Of a stretch of DNA of 64,000 nt, positions 48,147 through 57,254 are shown piece after piece. The notes under the pieces were generated by a model. The model was not told the origin of the DNA, did no database searches, and was given only the letters and a program-made list of their open reading frames with translations. The position numbers and the translations under genes are program-made. The stretch is taken from the NCBI GenBank assembly GCA_963847705.1, contig CAWKBC010000030.1, forward strand, positions 256,001 through 320,000. The letters run 5' to 3'. The stretch is from an uncultured Pseudomonadota bacterium (GTDB lineage: Bacteria; Myxococcota_A; Polyangia; Fen-1088). Position 1 is the stretch's first letter. Every line of letters begins with the position of its first letter.

Positions 48147-49802
48147 CTAAAAGACGTAAACGGCTTGACCCATGCCCCGGATGTTGTGGGGCTGGTTGCC
48201 GTCGAGGTAGTGGACCTGGGTGTACTGACCGGAGATGCCGAAGCGGATCGCCGGCGTCGCGTCGAAGAAGAGGTTGCCGTCGGCGTACCTGGAGGTGTCG
48301 GCGACCCGGTCGATGAGCTCGATCTCGGCGCCGAGCATGGGGAAGAGCTTGACCATGTTGTTCGAGTGCGACTGGGTGTAGTTCGCCGCGAGGATCAGCC
48401 GCCCGTCGAGAACCGGGAGGTAGTACTGCAGGCCGACCTTGAAGGCCTGCCAGTTGATGGTGTGGAGAATTCCGGTGCGCACGTCGAACGTCACCAGGCC
48501 GTTGTCGACATCGGGCGCGTACTCGGGCGGCGGTGAGGCCTGCGCGGGGTTGAGGAGCGTGGGGAAGGCTGCTCCGCCGCCCGTGGTCAACAGATCGGCG
48601 ATGCCGGTGCCAGTCACGAACGATCCGGTCAGCGTCAGCCGGTTCTTGCGATCGTTGGCGTCGCTGGCCGGGATGATCGGGAGGAGCGCGTCGACCGAGA
48701 GGCCCCAGCCCGAGACGCTGTTCGAGCTCTGCGTGGGCGGCGGCAAGAAGGCGTCGACCTTGAACTGACGCGCGATGCCCGACACGCCGATCGACAGCGG
48801 CGCGGCGACCGTTCGAACGTTGCCCGGCGTGGTGATCCCCTTCCATCCGTTGACGCTGAGGCGCAGGCCGGCCTCGAAGTCGGGGACCTGCGAATCGCGC
48901 TGGGCCGGGCGTCCGGCGGAGACCGCGACGTCGACGCTGATCGGGCCGTCGGCGCCGAAGGTGCGCGACAGCCGGACCTGGGTGTTGCGCGAGAAGACCT
49001 GATTCGGCAGCCCCAGGAACTCGGCGGAGCAGGGGAAGAAGTAGTTCTGCCAGCCGAACACGTCATAGGTCTGTCCGGCCAGGAGGTCGACGAAGCCGCC
49101 GTCGAGCTTGAGGTAGGCGTGGCGGATCCGGAAGGTGGGGCTGTCGAAGTAGGTGGTCTCCGAGACCCCGGTCGGCGGGCTCGGCTGGTCGCCGAAGAAG
49201 TCGCCTTCGATCAACGCCGAGGGGCGCAGGTTGCCGAGCTGCGGGGACTGAAAGGCCAGGCCGATGCGCGTGTTCCGCATCGAGAACTGGGAGCGGCCGA
49301 CCGTCCCCTCATAGGTGTCCGAGCGCGCCACCAGCGAGCTGCCGATCGCGTCGCCGTAGCTGCGGGTGCTGTCGCCGATGTAGTCCGCCTCGACGAAGCC
49401 GTAGAACGTCACCGACCACTTCTGGCTGCCTTGCGGGATGGTCAGCGTCAGGGCAGGGCGATCGAACCAGGAGCCGCTCGGCGTGTTGGCGCCCGGCGCT
49501 GGCCCGGCCTCCGACGGAACGTTCGGAAGGGAGGGCGGCTGCGCGTCGGCGGGCGTTGGCGGCGGTGGGGCCGGTGGCGGCGCGGGCGGAGACTCGACGG
49601 GCGCCGTTTCGGGGGCGGGGGGCGGCGGGGCCGGTTCGTCGGCGCGTGCGGGGCGAACGATCGCCACCAAGGCAACGGTGAAGGCGAGCGCGGCGCTCAC
49701 GACCGCGGCCGTCGTCATTCTCACGTTCCGCGCCTGGCGCCGTCTTCGGGCCAGTCGATTGTCGTCCGGGGTGATTCGTTCGATCATTGGTGAGGACCTC
49801 AT
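48147..49802 (-). CDS. Outer-membrane porin (DcaP-like)
   Basis: Signal peptide, Pro linker, FYGFVEAD, IEGDF, RIRHAY and LAGQT motifs, terminal Phe. ATGA coupled to exuT (alternative start 49787). Confidence 0.72.
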   Translation of the reverse strand: MRSSPMIERITPDDNRLARRRRQARNVRMTTAAVVSAALAFTVALVAIVRPARADEPAPPPPAPETAPVESPPAPPPAPPPPTPADAQPPSLPNVPSEAGPAPGANTPSGSWFDRPALTLTIPQGSQKWSVTFYGFVEADYIGDSTRSYGDAIGSSLVARSDTYEGTVGRSQFSMRNTRIGLAFQSPQLGNLRPSALIEGDFFGDQPSPPTGVSETTYFDSPTFRIRHAYLKLDGGFVDLLAGQTYDVFGWQNYFFPCSAEFLGLPNQVFSRNTQVRLSRTFGADGPISVDVAVSAGRPAQRDSQVPDFEAGLRLSVNGWKGITTPGNVRTVAAPLSIGVSGIARQFKVDAFLPPPTQSSNSVSGWGLSVDALLPIIPASDANDRKNRLTLTGSFVTGTGIADLLTTGGGAAFPTLLNPAQASPPPEYAPDVDNGLVTFDVRTGILHTINWQAFKVGLQYYLPVLDGRLILAANYTQSHSNNMVKLFPMLGAEIELIDRVADTSRYADGNLFFDATPAIRFGISGQYTQVHYLDGNQPHNIRGMGQAVYVF

Positions 49803-51190
49803 GCGGGTGTCTGGATGGGCGCGAAGGTGGGCGCGAGCAGGTGATTGAGGGCGAAGGCGACGAGGTAGGCCGAGCCGCAGATCCCGAACAGGACCGCGTA
49901 GCCCGAGGTGACGTCGCCGGCGGCGGCGAAGCGGTCGAGCAGCTTCCCCGAGAAGATCGGGAACAGGATCCCGCCCAGCGAGCCGGCCATGCTGCCGATG
50001 CCGACCACCGACGCCACGGCGCGCTTGGGGAACATGTCGGAGGCGCTGGTGAACAGGTTCGCCGACCAGGCCTGGTGTGAGGCGCCGGCGATCCCGATCA
50101 GGATCACCGCCGGCCAGTTGCCGACGTGGGTGACGGCCAGGATCGGCAAGACCGAGCAGGCGAAGGTGAAGAGCGCGATCTTGCGCGCGCGGGTCACGGT
50201 CATGCCGCGGGCGGCCAGGAAGCCGGAGAGCCAGCCGCCGAAGATGCTGAGCACCGTGACGATCGAATAGATCGTCACCAGGTAGACCCAGCTGTCCTTG
50301 ATGGCGAGCCCGCGCGTCTTCTTGAAGTAGTCGGGCAGCCAGATGAGAAAGAACCACCAGACCGGATCGGTCAGGAACTTGGCGACGATGAACGCCCAGG
50401 CCTGCCGGTGGCGCAGGAGCTCCGCCCAGGAGATGCGCGCCTCACCGGCGGACGCCGCGGCCCCGTCCTGGCTTCTGATGTGGGCCAGCTCGGCGGCGCT
50501 CAGCTTGGCGACGCGCTCCGGGACCTCGTACCAGGGGAGCCAGAACGCCAGCCAGACCAGCCCCGCGATCCCGGCCGCCACGAACGCCGAGCGCCAGCCG
50601 AATGAGAGAGCCATCCAGGGGACGACCGCCGGCGCGATGATGGCGCCGACGTTGCTCCCGCTGTTGAAGAGCGCGGTCGCGTAGGCCCGCTCGCGCGGCG
50701 GGAACCAGATGGCGACCGCCTTGATGGCCGAGGGGAAGTTGCCTCCCTCCCCGAGGCCAAGCGCGATGCGCGCGGCGAAGAAGCCGTTCACGCTCCCCAC
50801 CAGGGCGTGCCCCATGGCGGCCACGCTCCAGGCCGCGATGGAGACGGCGTACCCGATCTTGGTGCCGACGCGATCGATGAGGGCGCCAAACGAGAGCAGG
50901 CCCACCGCGTACGCCGCCTGAAAGGCCGCGTTGACCATCCCGAACTGGGCGTTGGTCCACCTGAGCTCGTTGTCCAGGATCGGCTTCAACAGCGAGAGGA
51001 TCTGACGGTCCATGTAATTGACCGTCGTCGCGAAGAACAGCAGCGCGCAGACCAGCCAGCGATACCGGCCGACGGCACCGGCGGCGCCGCCGGTGGCCGG
51101 GCCGCCGGTCGTCTCGGGCGTCGGGCCCGAGGCGCGACCTTCCCGCGAAACGAGCACGGGGACCGAGGATGGCAAGGGTTCTCGACGCAC
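49799..51190 (-). CDS. exuT: MFS hexuronate transporter (ExuT-like)
   Basis: NYMDRQ, GEGGNFP, WFPPRERA, TDPVWWFFLIWLP and HQAWSANL motifs; near uxaC and GH28. Confidence 0.85.
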   Translation of the reverse strand: MRREPLPSSVPVLVSREGRASGPTPETTGGPATGGAAGAVGRYRWLVCALLFFATTVNYMDRQILSLLKPILDNELRWTNAQFGMVNAAFQAAYAVGLLSFGALIDRVGTKIGYAVSIAAWSVAAMGHALVGSVNGFFAARIALGLGEGGNFPSAIKAVAIWFPPRERAYATALFNSGSNVGAIIAPAVVPWMALSFGWRSAFVAAGIAGLVWLAFWLPWYEVPERVAKLSAAELAHIRSQDGAAASAGEARISWAELLRHRQAWAFIVAKFLTDPVWWFFLIWLPDYFKKTRGLAIKDSWVYLVTIYSIVTVLSIFGGWLSGFLAARGMTVTRARKIALFTFACSVLPILAVTHVGNWPAVILIGIAGASHQAWSANLFTSASDMFPKRAVASVVGIGSMAGSLGGILFPIFSGKLLDRFAAAGDVTSGYAVLFGICGSAYLVAFALNHLLAPTFAPIQTPA

Positions 51191-51207
51191 AGGGAGACGA
51201 CGTCATG

Positions 51208-51235
51208 GGTTGCCTGATGTCAGCCAAACGGCTCG
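51208..51235 (-). promoter_or_regulatory. ECF-type promoter variant CGAGCC-N16-GCAACC facing exuT-porin
   Basis: Same 16-nt spacing; degenerate -10 element. Confidence 0.5.
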
Positions 51236-51270
51236 GCCGATCGGATCGGGTTCCCAAGGTTGTTCTCGCG

Positions 51271-51298
51271 TGAGCCATCCCTCGAAGGTGCGGACACC
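51271..51298 (+). promoter_or_regulatory. ECF-type promoter TGAGCC-N16-GACACC
   Basis: Upstream of ATG 51348. Confidence 0.7.
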
Positions 51299-51347
51299 CA
51301 GCTCTTCGAAGCTCCAGATTTCAAATGCACCAAACAGCGAGGGATCG

Positions 51348-52037
51348 ATGACGACGATGACGAAACGAATGGCGCCGTTCTGCGGGACCGTCGCGCTCCT
51401 GGCGCAGGTCTTGGTGTTCCAGGGTTGCGGCAGCAACAGCAACAACGGGATCACCGGCACGGGCGGCACGCCTGCCACCGGGACGGGCGGCGAAGCGACC
51501 TCCACGGGCGGCACCCCTGGCACCGGCGGCACGACCACCGCGGGCACGGGCGGCATCACCACCTCCACGGGCGGCACCCCCGGTACGGCCGGTGCGAGCG
51601 GCTTCGGTCAGCCGGCCTGCGGCAACACCGCCGCCGGGACGGCGATCGCCAAGGGCGTCACCTGCACCGCGACCGACACGGCGCTCTGCTACAAGACCTG
51701 CGGGCCGGAGAAGGCCGGCGTCAAGTCCGAGACCTGTCCGGCCGGCGGCGGAACCTACGCCGAGATGACCGGTTGCAGCTTCGATCCGACGCGGGACTTC
51801 AGCTGCTACAAGATCCTGACCCCGCAGGACGCCACCTGTCCGACGACGGTGATCGCGGCGGGCTCGGCCTGCACGATCGCGGACTGCGTCGTCTGCGGCG
51901 GGACGACCGGCTACACCGATTCGACGGGCGCCATGAAGACCGGCTACTGCGTCTGCCAGGCCGGCGCGACGTCACCGACCTGGAGCTGCGCCAGCTCCAC
52001 CGCTTGGCCCTGCCCCACGGGCATTGGCTGCTCCTGA
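51348..52037 (+). CDS. Cys-rich lipoprotein (16 Cys in the C-terminal domain) with a TGG-repeat linker
   Basis: Lipobox-like FQGC; GAGG RBS. Confidence 0.75.
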   Translation: MTTMTKRMAPFCGTVALLAQVLVFQGCGSNSNNGITGTGGTPATGTGGEATSTGGTPGTGGTTTAGTGGITTSTGGTPGTAGASGFGQPACGNTAAGTAIAKGVTCTATDTALCYKTCGPEKAGVKSETCPAGGGTYAEMTGCSFDPTRDFSCYKILTPQDATCPTTVIAAGSACTIADCVVCGGTTGYTDSTGAMKTGYCVCQAGATSPTWSCASSTAWPCPTGIGCS

Positions 52038-52117
52038 TCGCCGGGTGACCGATCGACAACGCGCCGCGCGCCGCCGGGTTCTCTCCGGCGCGCGCGCGGC
52101 AAAACGATGAGACCACG

Positions 52118-53815
52118 TTGACGTCCCCCAACTTGCATCCACAGTCACCCGCCGCGCGGCGGCCCGTCATCAGCTGGGTCGCCCCGCTGCTGACCTGGCT
52201 GATCGCCTGCGTCCTCGCCTGCCTGGCCGTCGGCTGCCACACCGGCGGCGACCTCGCGCCCATCGCCTACACCTGCGGCACCAGCGACCCCTCGGTCGCG
52301 GTCGCCGGCGACCCGATCAACGGATGCGCGGATTACGACACCATGTACCTGCCGCTCGAACCGACGCTGCCGCCAACCCCGACCGATCCGACCTGCATCC
52401 TCAAAGCGACGCATCAGACCACCGACAGCAACTGGCTGCCGGACGAGACCACCCTCGACACCGGCAACATCACCACGGCGCTCGGCCACTGCAAGGTGGT
52501 CCAGCTGGTGACCGACGGCGCCAACAACGCCTTCGTCTCGGGGCCGCTTGGCATCACGGCGCAGACGCTCTGGGTCGACGCCGGCGTCACGCTGTACGCC
52601 TCCCGCGATCCGAGCCTGTATTCGACCCAGCCGGCCGGCACGCCCAGCGATTGCGGTCAGCCCGGCGTCAACGATTCGGCGGCCTGCAAGAACTTCATCA
52701 CGGTGAACAGCGGCGCCAGCCCGGCCATCGTCGGCGACGGGATCATCGACGGTCAGGGGGGCGAGCCGCTCATCGGGCACGACTACTCCTGGTGGCAGCT
52801 CTCCTCGGCGCTGGCGATGATCGACGGCAGCATCGGCAACCCGACGCTCATCAACCTGGCGTCGGGCGTGACCGGGTTCTTGATGTACCGGATCACGCTG
52901 CACAACTCGCCCAAGTTCCACGTGAAGATCACCTCCACACCGGCCGGCGGACCGACCGCCGCCTGCACGCCGGGCGCCGGCTTCATCGTCTGGGGGGTGA
53001 CCATCTTGACGCCGTCCCGCTGGCTCAACAGCCAGGGCCTCCTGATGTCGCCGCACCTGTCCCGCAACACCGACGGCATCGACCCCGGAGAGACCAGCTT
53101 CGCCACCTGCGGCGTGCTCGCCCACAACACCATCAGCACCGGCGACGACCACATCGCCATCAAGGGCGGTCACGGTGTGTCGAACATCTATGTCGCGCAC
53201 AACCACTTCGGCACCGGTCACGGAATGTCGATCGGCAGCGAGACCTACGGCGGCGTGAACGGCCTGACGGTCTGCGATCTCACCATCGACGCCGACTCGC
53301 GGCCGGTGGGCGACGGGGCCAGCCCCGGCGACTTCAACGGGATCCGCGTGAAGTCGGACTCCAGCCGCGGCGGCCTGGTCGACAACGTCGTCTTCCGCAA
53401 CGTCTGCATGCGCGACGTCAACAACGCGATCCTGGTCTCCACCGCGTACAACCCGCTCTTCTCCGGATCGCTGATCCCCGACTTCAAGTCGCTCACCTTT
53501 CGGAACATCCACGACGTCACCTGCCTGGGCTCGCAGCCGGGGGTGGTGACCCTGAACGGCTTTTCGGTGCTCTATCCCGCCGGGCCGATCACGCTCGACA
53601 ACGTCATCGTCGACAACATCGGACCGACGGCCGTGGAGGCCGAGTTCTCCAACATCGTCTACGGCCCCGGCCCGGTGAACTTCACCGGCTACATCTCGGG
53701 CCAGGACGTCACGGTGACCCCCAGCTCGGAGCCAGCCGACACCAGCGTGGCGCCCATCAACTGCGTCTTTCCCACCTTGCCGGCCCCACAGCCGCCGCCG
53801 GGCTGGCTCCGATGA
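52118..53815 (+). CDS. GH28 polygalacturonase lipoprotein
   Basis: Intact NTD, GDD, GHG and RVK motifs; lipobox AVGC. Confidence 0.9.
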   Translation: MTSPNLHPQSPAARRPVISWVAPLLTWLIACVLACLAVGCHTGGDLAPIAYTCGTSDPSVAVAGDPINGCADYDTMYLPLEPTLPPTPTDPTCILKATHQTTDSNWLPDETTLDTGNITTALGHCKVVQLVTDGANNAFVSGPLGITAQTLWVDAGVTLYASRDPSLYSTQPAGTPSDCGQPGVNDSAACKNFITVNSGASPAIVGDGIIDGQGGEPLIGHDYSWWQLSSALAMIDGSIGNPTLINLASGVTGFLMYRITLHNSPKFHVKITSTPAGGPTAACTPGAGFIVWGVTILTPSRWLNSQGLLMSPHLSRNTDGIDPGETSFATCGVLAHNTISTGDDHIAIKGGHGVSNIYVAHNHFGTGHGMSIGSETYGGVNGLTVCDLTIDADSRPVGDGASPGDFNGIRVKSDSSRGGLVDNVVFRNVCMRDVNNAILVSTAYNPLFSGSLIPDFKSLTFRNIHDVTCLGSQPGVVTLNGFSVLYPAGPITLDNVIVDNIGPTAVEAEFSNIVYGPGPVNFTGYISGQDVTVTPSSEPADTSVAPINCVFPTLPAPQPPPGWLR

Positions 53816-54741
53816 CGGCTGCGAGGACGGTTTCGATGACAGCTCGACGAATCGCGCTGCTGGTCGTCCCCTGTGGCCTGCTGTTCGCGGCCTGCTCCAC
53901 GACCGGCGAGCCCAGCGAGTCGCCGAACGGCAGCTGCACCATCGACCAGACGATCACCGCCAGCTGCAATCAGGCCGACGGCGGCGCGCCCCAGAACACG
54001 GGCCTCACCGGCTACAACTGTACGGGAACGGCACGCCCCGACCAGACCGCGTCCTACGCCGGCGGCGTTCCGCAGGGGATGATCTGCGCCAACCAGATCC
54101 CACCCGCAGACGGCGGTGCGCCCGCCAGCCCGCAGAATTATTGTTGCACCAACGCCGACACCACCTGCGCCTACGATCCGGTCGCCGTGTGCGATCCGGG
54201 GACCTACGCGTACCAGTGCCAGGACATCAACCGGCCCGAGAGCTACAACCCGCAGATCAAATGCGGCCAGGGGGTGCGCGGGACCGAGCTCGTCGATTAT
54301 TGCTGCTCGGGAACCGGGCTGCCGCAGGGCTGCGGCGAGCAGGACGGCCTGGCGGGCTGCTCGGCGGGCCTCGTCGGCTGGCAATGCCCCATCAAGGGGA
54401 GCATGCACACGCTTCCGAAGGGCCAGGACCTGATGTCCAACAAGAGCCGGGCCGACCAGTACTATCTCCTCTGCTCGATCCCCAAGGTGGCCCCCTCGGG
54501 CTCGGTCGACACCTTCTGCTGCTACCCGCCCGCGCAAATTCCCCCCGGCGGCTCCTGCACCGAGGACGTCTACGTCTCGAACTGCAACCCGCTCACCCAG
54601 TTCGGCTTCGCCTGCACCGGCATCGACACGCCGGCCGACGACTACCCGCCCATCGTCTGCCCGAGCGCCGGAACGCCCGGCACCAGCATGGAGGGCTACC
54701 CGGCGACGCTCTACTGCTGCAACTTCGTCAACGGCGACTGA
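53812..54741 (+). CDS. Lipoprotein with four 6-Cys repeats ending in [YF]CC
   Basis: ATGA overlap with GH28; lipobox FAAC; 4 x 6 Cys. Confidence 0.78.
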   Translation: MTAARTVSMTARRIALLVVPCGLLFAACSTTGEPSESPNGSCTIDQTITASCNQADGGAPQNTGLTGYNCTGTARPDQTASYAGGVPQGMICANQIPPADGGAPASPQNYCCTNADTTCAYDPVAVCDPGTYAYQCQDINRPESYNPQIKCGQGVRGTELVDYCCSGTGLPQGCGEQDGLAGCSAGLVGWQCPIKGSMHTLPKGQDLMSNKSRADQYYLLCSIPKVAPSGSVDTFCCYPPAQIPPGGSCTEDVYVSNCNPLTQFGFACTGIDTPADDYPPIVCPSAGTPGTSMEGYPATLYCCNFVNGD

Positions 54742-54783
54742 GTGCCGAACGGCGACTGAGAGCCGAAGGGCGACCGAGAGCCG
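54730..54783. repeat. 18-bp tandem repeat x3 (AACGGCGACTGAGAGCCG-like) spanning the stop codon
   Basis: Units start at 54730, 54748 and 54766. Confidence 0.8.
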
Positions 54784-54849
54784 CTTCCGCGGCGCGGCCC
54801 GTCGCCGGTCCCGAAGCCCTCGCTCCCGGGACGTCCGGGCGGCGGCCGT

Positions 54850-55959
54850 TCAGCGTCGCTCCAGGTACTCCTCGGGCGCGTCGACGAAGCCCCAGGCCCG
54901 CAGCTGGCGGACCCAGGCGCCGAGGTTGTCGCGCGTCACCCGCACCAGCTCCATCGGGATCCGCTCCGGGACCGCGCTCTTGCGGAGCAGCTTGTCCACG
55001 ATCGTGTCGACGCCGACCTCGCCCCAAAGATAGGTCGGCTGCGCCAGCAGCACCGGCGCCAGCCCCTTCTCGACGTAGAGCAGCTGCGGCGGGATGGCGT
55101 TGATCGAGACGATGGTGGGCACCATCAGCTTGGGTGTCCCCGATTCGATCTCGTGCAACAGCGTCTGGGTGTAGAGCGGCCAGCCGCCGACCATCGCCCA
55201 CCCGGTGATGTCCGGGTGCGCCGCCTCGGCGCGCATGACGGCGGCCGTCGCCTCCTGCGGCGTCTCGACGTGGAAGAACGGCCCCAGCATCGTGAGGCCC
55301 GGGTGGTGCGCCGCTTCGCTCATCACCCCCTCGACGCGGCGGCGCAGGTTGGGGGCGTCGGGGTTCCCTGCCAGCACGGCCACCTTGCCCCGGCGTGGGA
55401 TCAGCTGGGCCAGCTCCTTCATCACCGCCTGGCCAGCCTTGAAGTCGTCGACGCCGCAGGTGGCGAAGCGGCGCGAGTCGGGCGCGTCGCTGTCGAAGGT
55501 CATGACGGGGACGCCGTGCGCGACGGCGTCGTCGATCGCCGGGGTCACCGTCTTGACGTCCGAGCAGGAGAGCAGCACGGCGCCGACCTTCTCGGCCACC
55601 GCCTGCTGGATGCGCTGCACCTGCAGCGCGGCGTCCTCGCGCGGCGGCGTCAGCCACTCGAGCTCGATCGGACGTCCCAGCTCGGCGCTGAGCGCCCGGG
55701 CGCGGTTCTCCGCGCCGAGGCGCGAGGCGAGAAACGACGGATTGCTCGCGCTCTTGGCGATCATCGCGATCCGGAAGGGAGCGACGGGCGGAAGCGGTTC
55801 GACGACGCCGGCGTCGGGGCGAGCGCGGCAGGCGGCCGCCGGCGCCGCCACGACCAGCGCCGCGATGACCAGACAGGCACGGGCAGGGTGCGCCGGTCGG
55901 CGACCGCCGGTTTCGGGCTCACTGAGGGTGAGTTGACCCACCCCGGCTGGATGGCTCAA
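54850..55959 (-). CDS. Sugar-binding periplasmic protein (RbsB/Peripla_BP_4-like); 5' end uncertain
   Basis: IAMIAKSASNP, VMTFDSD, GVDDFKAG and LAQP motifs; possible lipobox AAAC. Confidence 0.85.
   Translation of the reverse strand: MSHPAGVGQLTLSEPETGGRRPAHPARACLVIAALVVAAPAAACRARPDAGVVEPLPPVAPFRIAMIAKSASNPSFLASRLGAENRARALSAELGRPIELEWLTPPREDAALQVQRIQQAVAEKVGAVLLSCSDVKTVTPAIDDAVAHGVPVMTFDSDAPDSRRFATCGVDDFKAGQAVMKELAQLIPRRGKVAVLAGNPDAPNLRRRVEGVMSEAAHHPGLTMLGPFFHVETPQEATAAVMRAEAAHPDITGWAMVGGWPLYTQTLLHEIESGTPKLMVPTIVSINAIPPQLLYVEKGLAPVLLAQPTYLWGEVGVDTIVDKLLRKSAVPERIPMELVRVTRDNLGAWVRQLRAWGFVDAPEEYLERR
55931..55958 (-). promoter_or_regulatory. ECF-type promoter TGAGCC-N16-TCAACT facing the sugar-binding protein
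   Basis: 16-nt spacer; overlaps the computed ORF start, implying a later true start. Confidence 0.55.
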
Positions 55960-56000
55960 GACACCGAGCCTCTGGCGCGCAAGGAACAGTTCGTGTCACC

Positions 56001-57209
56001 GTGGAGGCAGTGACCCCTGCCGGCATCGGGCTTTGGGCGCTGGTCGCGCTCGCGCAGACCGGTCTCGCGGTCTCGGTGCCCGTTCGCGTCGCGTTCGACG
56101 CGCCGACTGGATGCTCGGACGCCGAGGCGTTCTTTGCCGGCGTGCTCGCGCGCACGCGCCACGTCCACCGCGCGCGCCCCGGCGAGACCGCCGTGCGCCT
56201 CACGGTTCAAGTGACCCGCGTGGGCCCGAGGGTTCACGGCGAGCTGCGGGTCAACGAGGCTGGCGGCGAAGCGGAGACCCGGCGGGTCGACGGCACGACC
56301 TGCACCGAAGTGGTCCAGGTTCTGTCGCTGACGGCCGCGCTGGCGATCGATCCCGCCGCCGACCTCCTGCCGCCGGCTGGGCCTGACAAACCGCCGGCCA
56401 CACCGTCTCCCGTCCGCGCTCCGCCATCGGCCGCCGCCGCGCCGCCGCGCGACGCTCCGGCCGCCTCGGCCGCGCCGGTGGTTCCGCCCCAGTCGCCGCC
56501 GGCGGCATCCCCGTCTCCGGTGGCTCCCTCGGCCGCGCCCACGGTTCAGTCGACTGTGCCTCCGACCTCGGCGCCGCCTCTCGCGACGGCGCCCGCCGCC
56601 CCCGCTTCCGAACCGCCGCCCTCGGTCGCGCTTGCGCCAGCCCCGGGGGCCATGGTCCCCGCGGAGCCGCGGCGCGAACGGCCACGCCCGAGCGGCCCGC
56701 GATTCGGTGCATCGATGGTCGGGGCGCGCGTCCTCACCTCATCGGTGGGCCTCGGCGCGTCGCTCTGGGGCCGCCTCGGGACCACCACCCGGGAGGGCTT
56801 GACGCCATCGGCCACCCTGGCCGCGCTCTATCTGCCCGGTGATTTCTTCGGATCGGGGGACAATCTGGGGATCGGCTGGATGGCGCTCGCCGCCACGGGC
56901 TGCCCGGGCTGGGCGCCCGGCGGCCGCGCCCGAGTCGAGCCCTGCGCCCGGCTCACCCTCGGCGCCCTCTCGGCGACCGATCATTCCGTCAACACCCCGC
57001 GCTCCGTGACCCGCTGGTGGGGAAGCGCCGGTGCGGTGGTTCGCCTGACGGCGCCCGTGGGCGGGGGCCTGATGCTCGATCTCGACGCGGGGGTCGACTT
57101 TCCGTTCGTCACGCGCCGCTTCACCGTCACCACCATGACAAATCAACCAGTTGGCGCGACGGCCGCGGTTTCTCCGACGCTGTCGGTCGGACTTTCCCAC
57201 GGTCTATAA
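56001..57209 (+). CDS. Exported protein with a two-Cys N-terminal domain, Pro-rich linker and C-terminal beta-barrel
   Basis: GCSDAEAF...GTTCTEVVQVLSLTAALAID; amphipathic strands at the C-terminus. Confidence 0.6.
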   Translation: MEAVTPAGIGLWALVALAQTGLAVSVPVRVAFDAPTGCSDAEAFFAGVLARTRHVHRARPGETAVRLTVQVTRVGPRVHGELRVNEAGGEAETRRVDGTTCTEVVQVLSLTAALAIDPAADLLPPAGPDKPPATPSPVRAPPSAAAAPPRDAPAASAAPVVPPQSPPAASPSPVAPSAAPTVQSTVPPTSAPPLATAPAAPASEPPPSVALAPAPGAMVPAEPRRERPRPSGPRFGASMVGARVLTSSVGLGASLWGRLGTTTREGLTPSATLAALYLPGDFFGSGDNLGIGWMALAATGCPGWAPGGRARVEPCARLTLGALSATDHSVNTPRSVTRWWGSAGAVVRLTAPVGGGLMLDLDAGVDFPFVTRRFTVTTMTNQPVGATAAVSPTLSVGLSHGL

Positions 57210-57254
57210 AATGCGCGCTGGTCGCTGTATGATCAGGTTCGGCGGGAGCGGGAA

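Noticed and set aside
48017-48316. Small + strand ORF from ATG 48017 as a real gene
   Set aside because: It runs through the hairpin into the porin antisense strand and has no recognisable features; kept only as an alternative to the sRNA idea.
55965-55992. CGAGCC upstream of the 56001 gene as an eighth ECF site
   Set aside because: The sequence at 16-nt spacing is CAGTTC, which does not match the -10 element.
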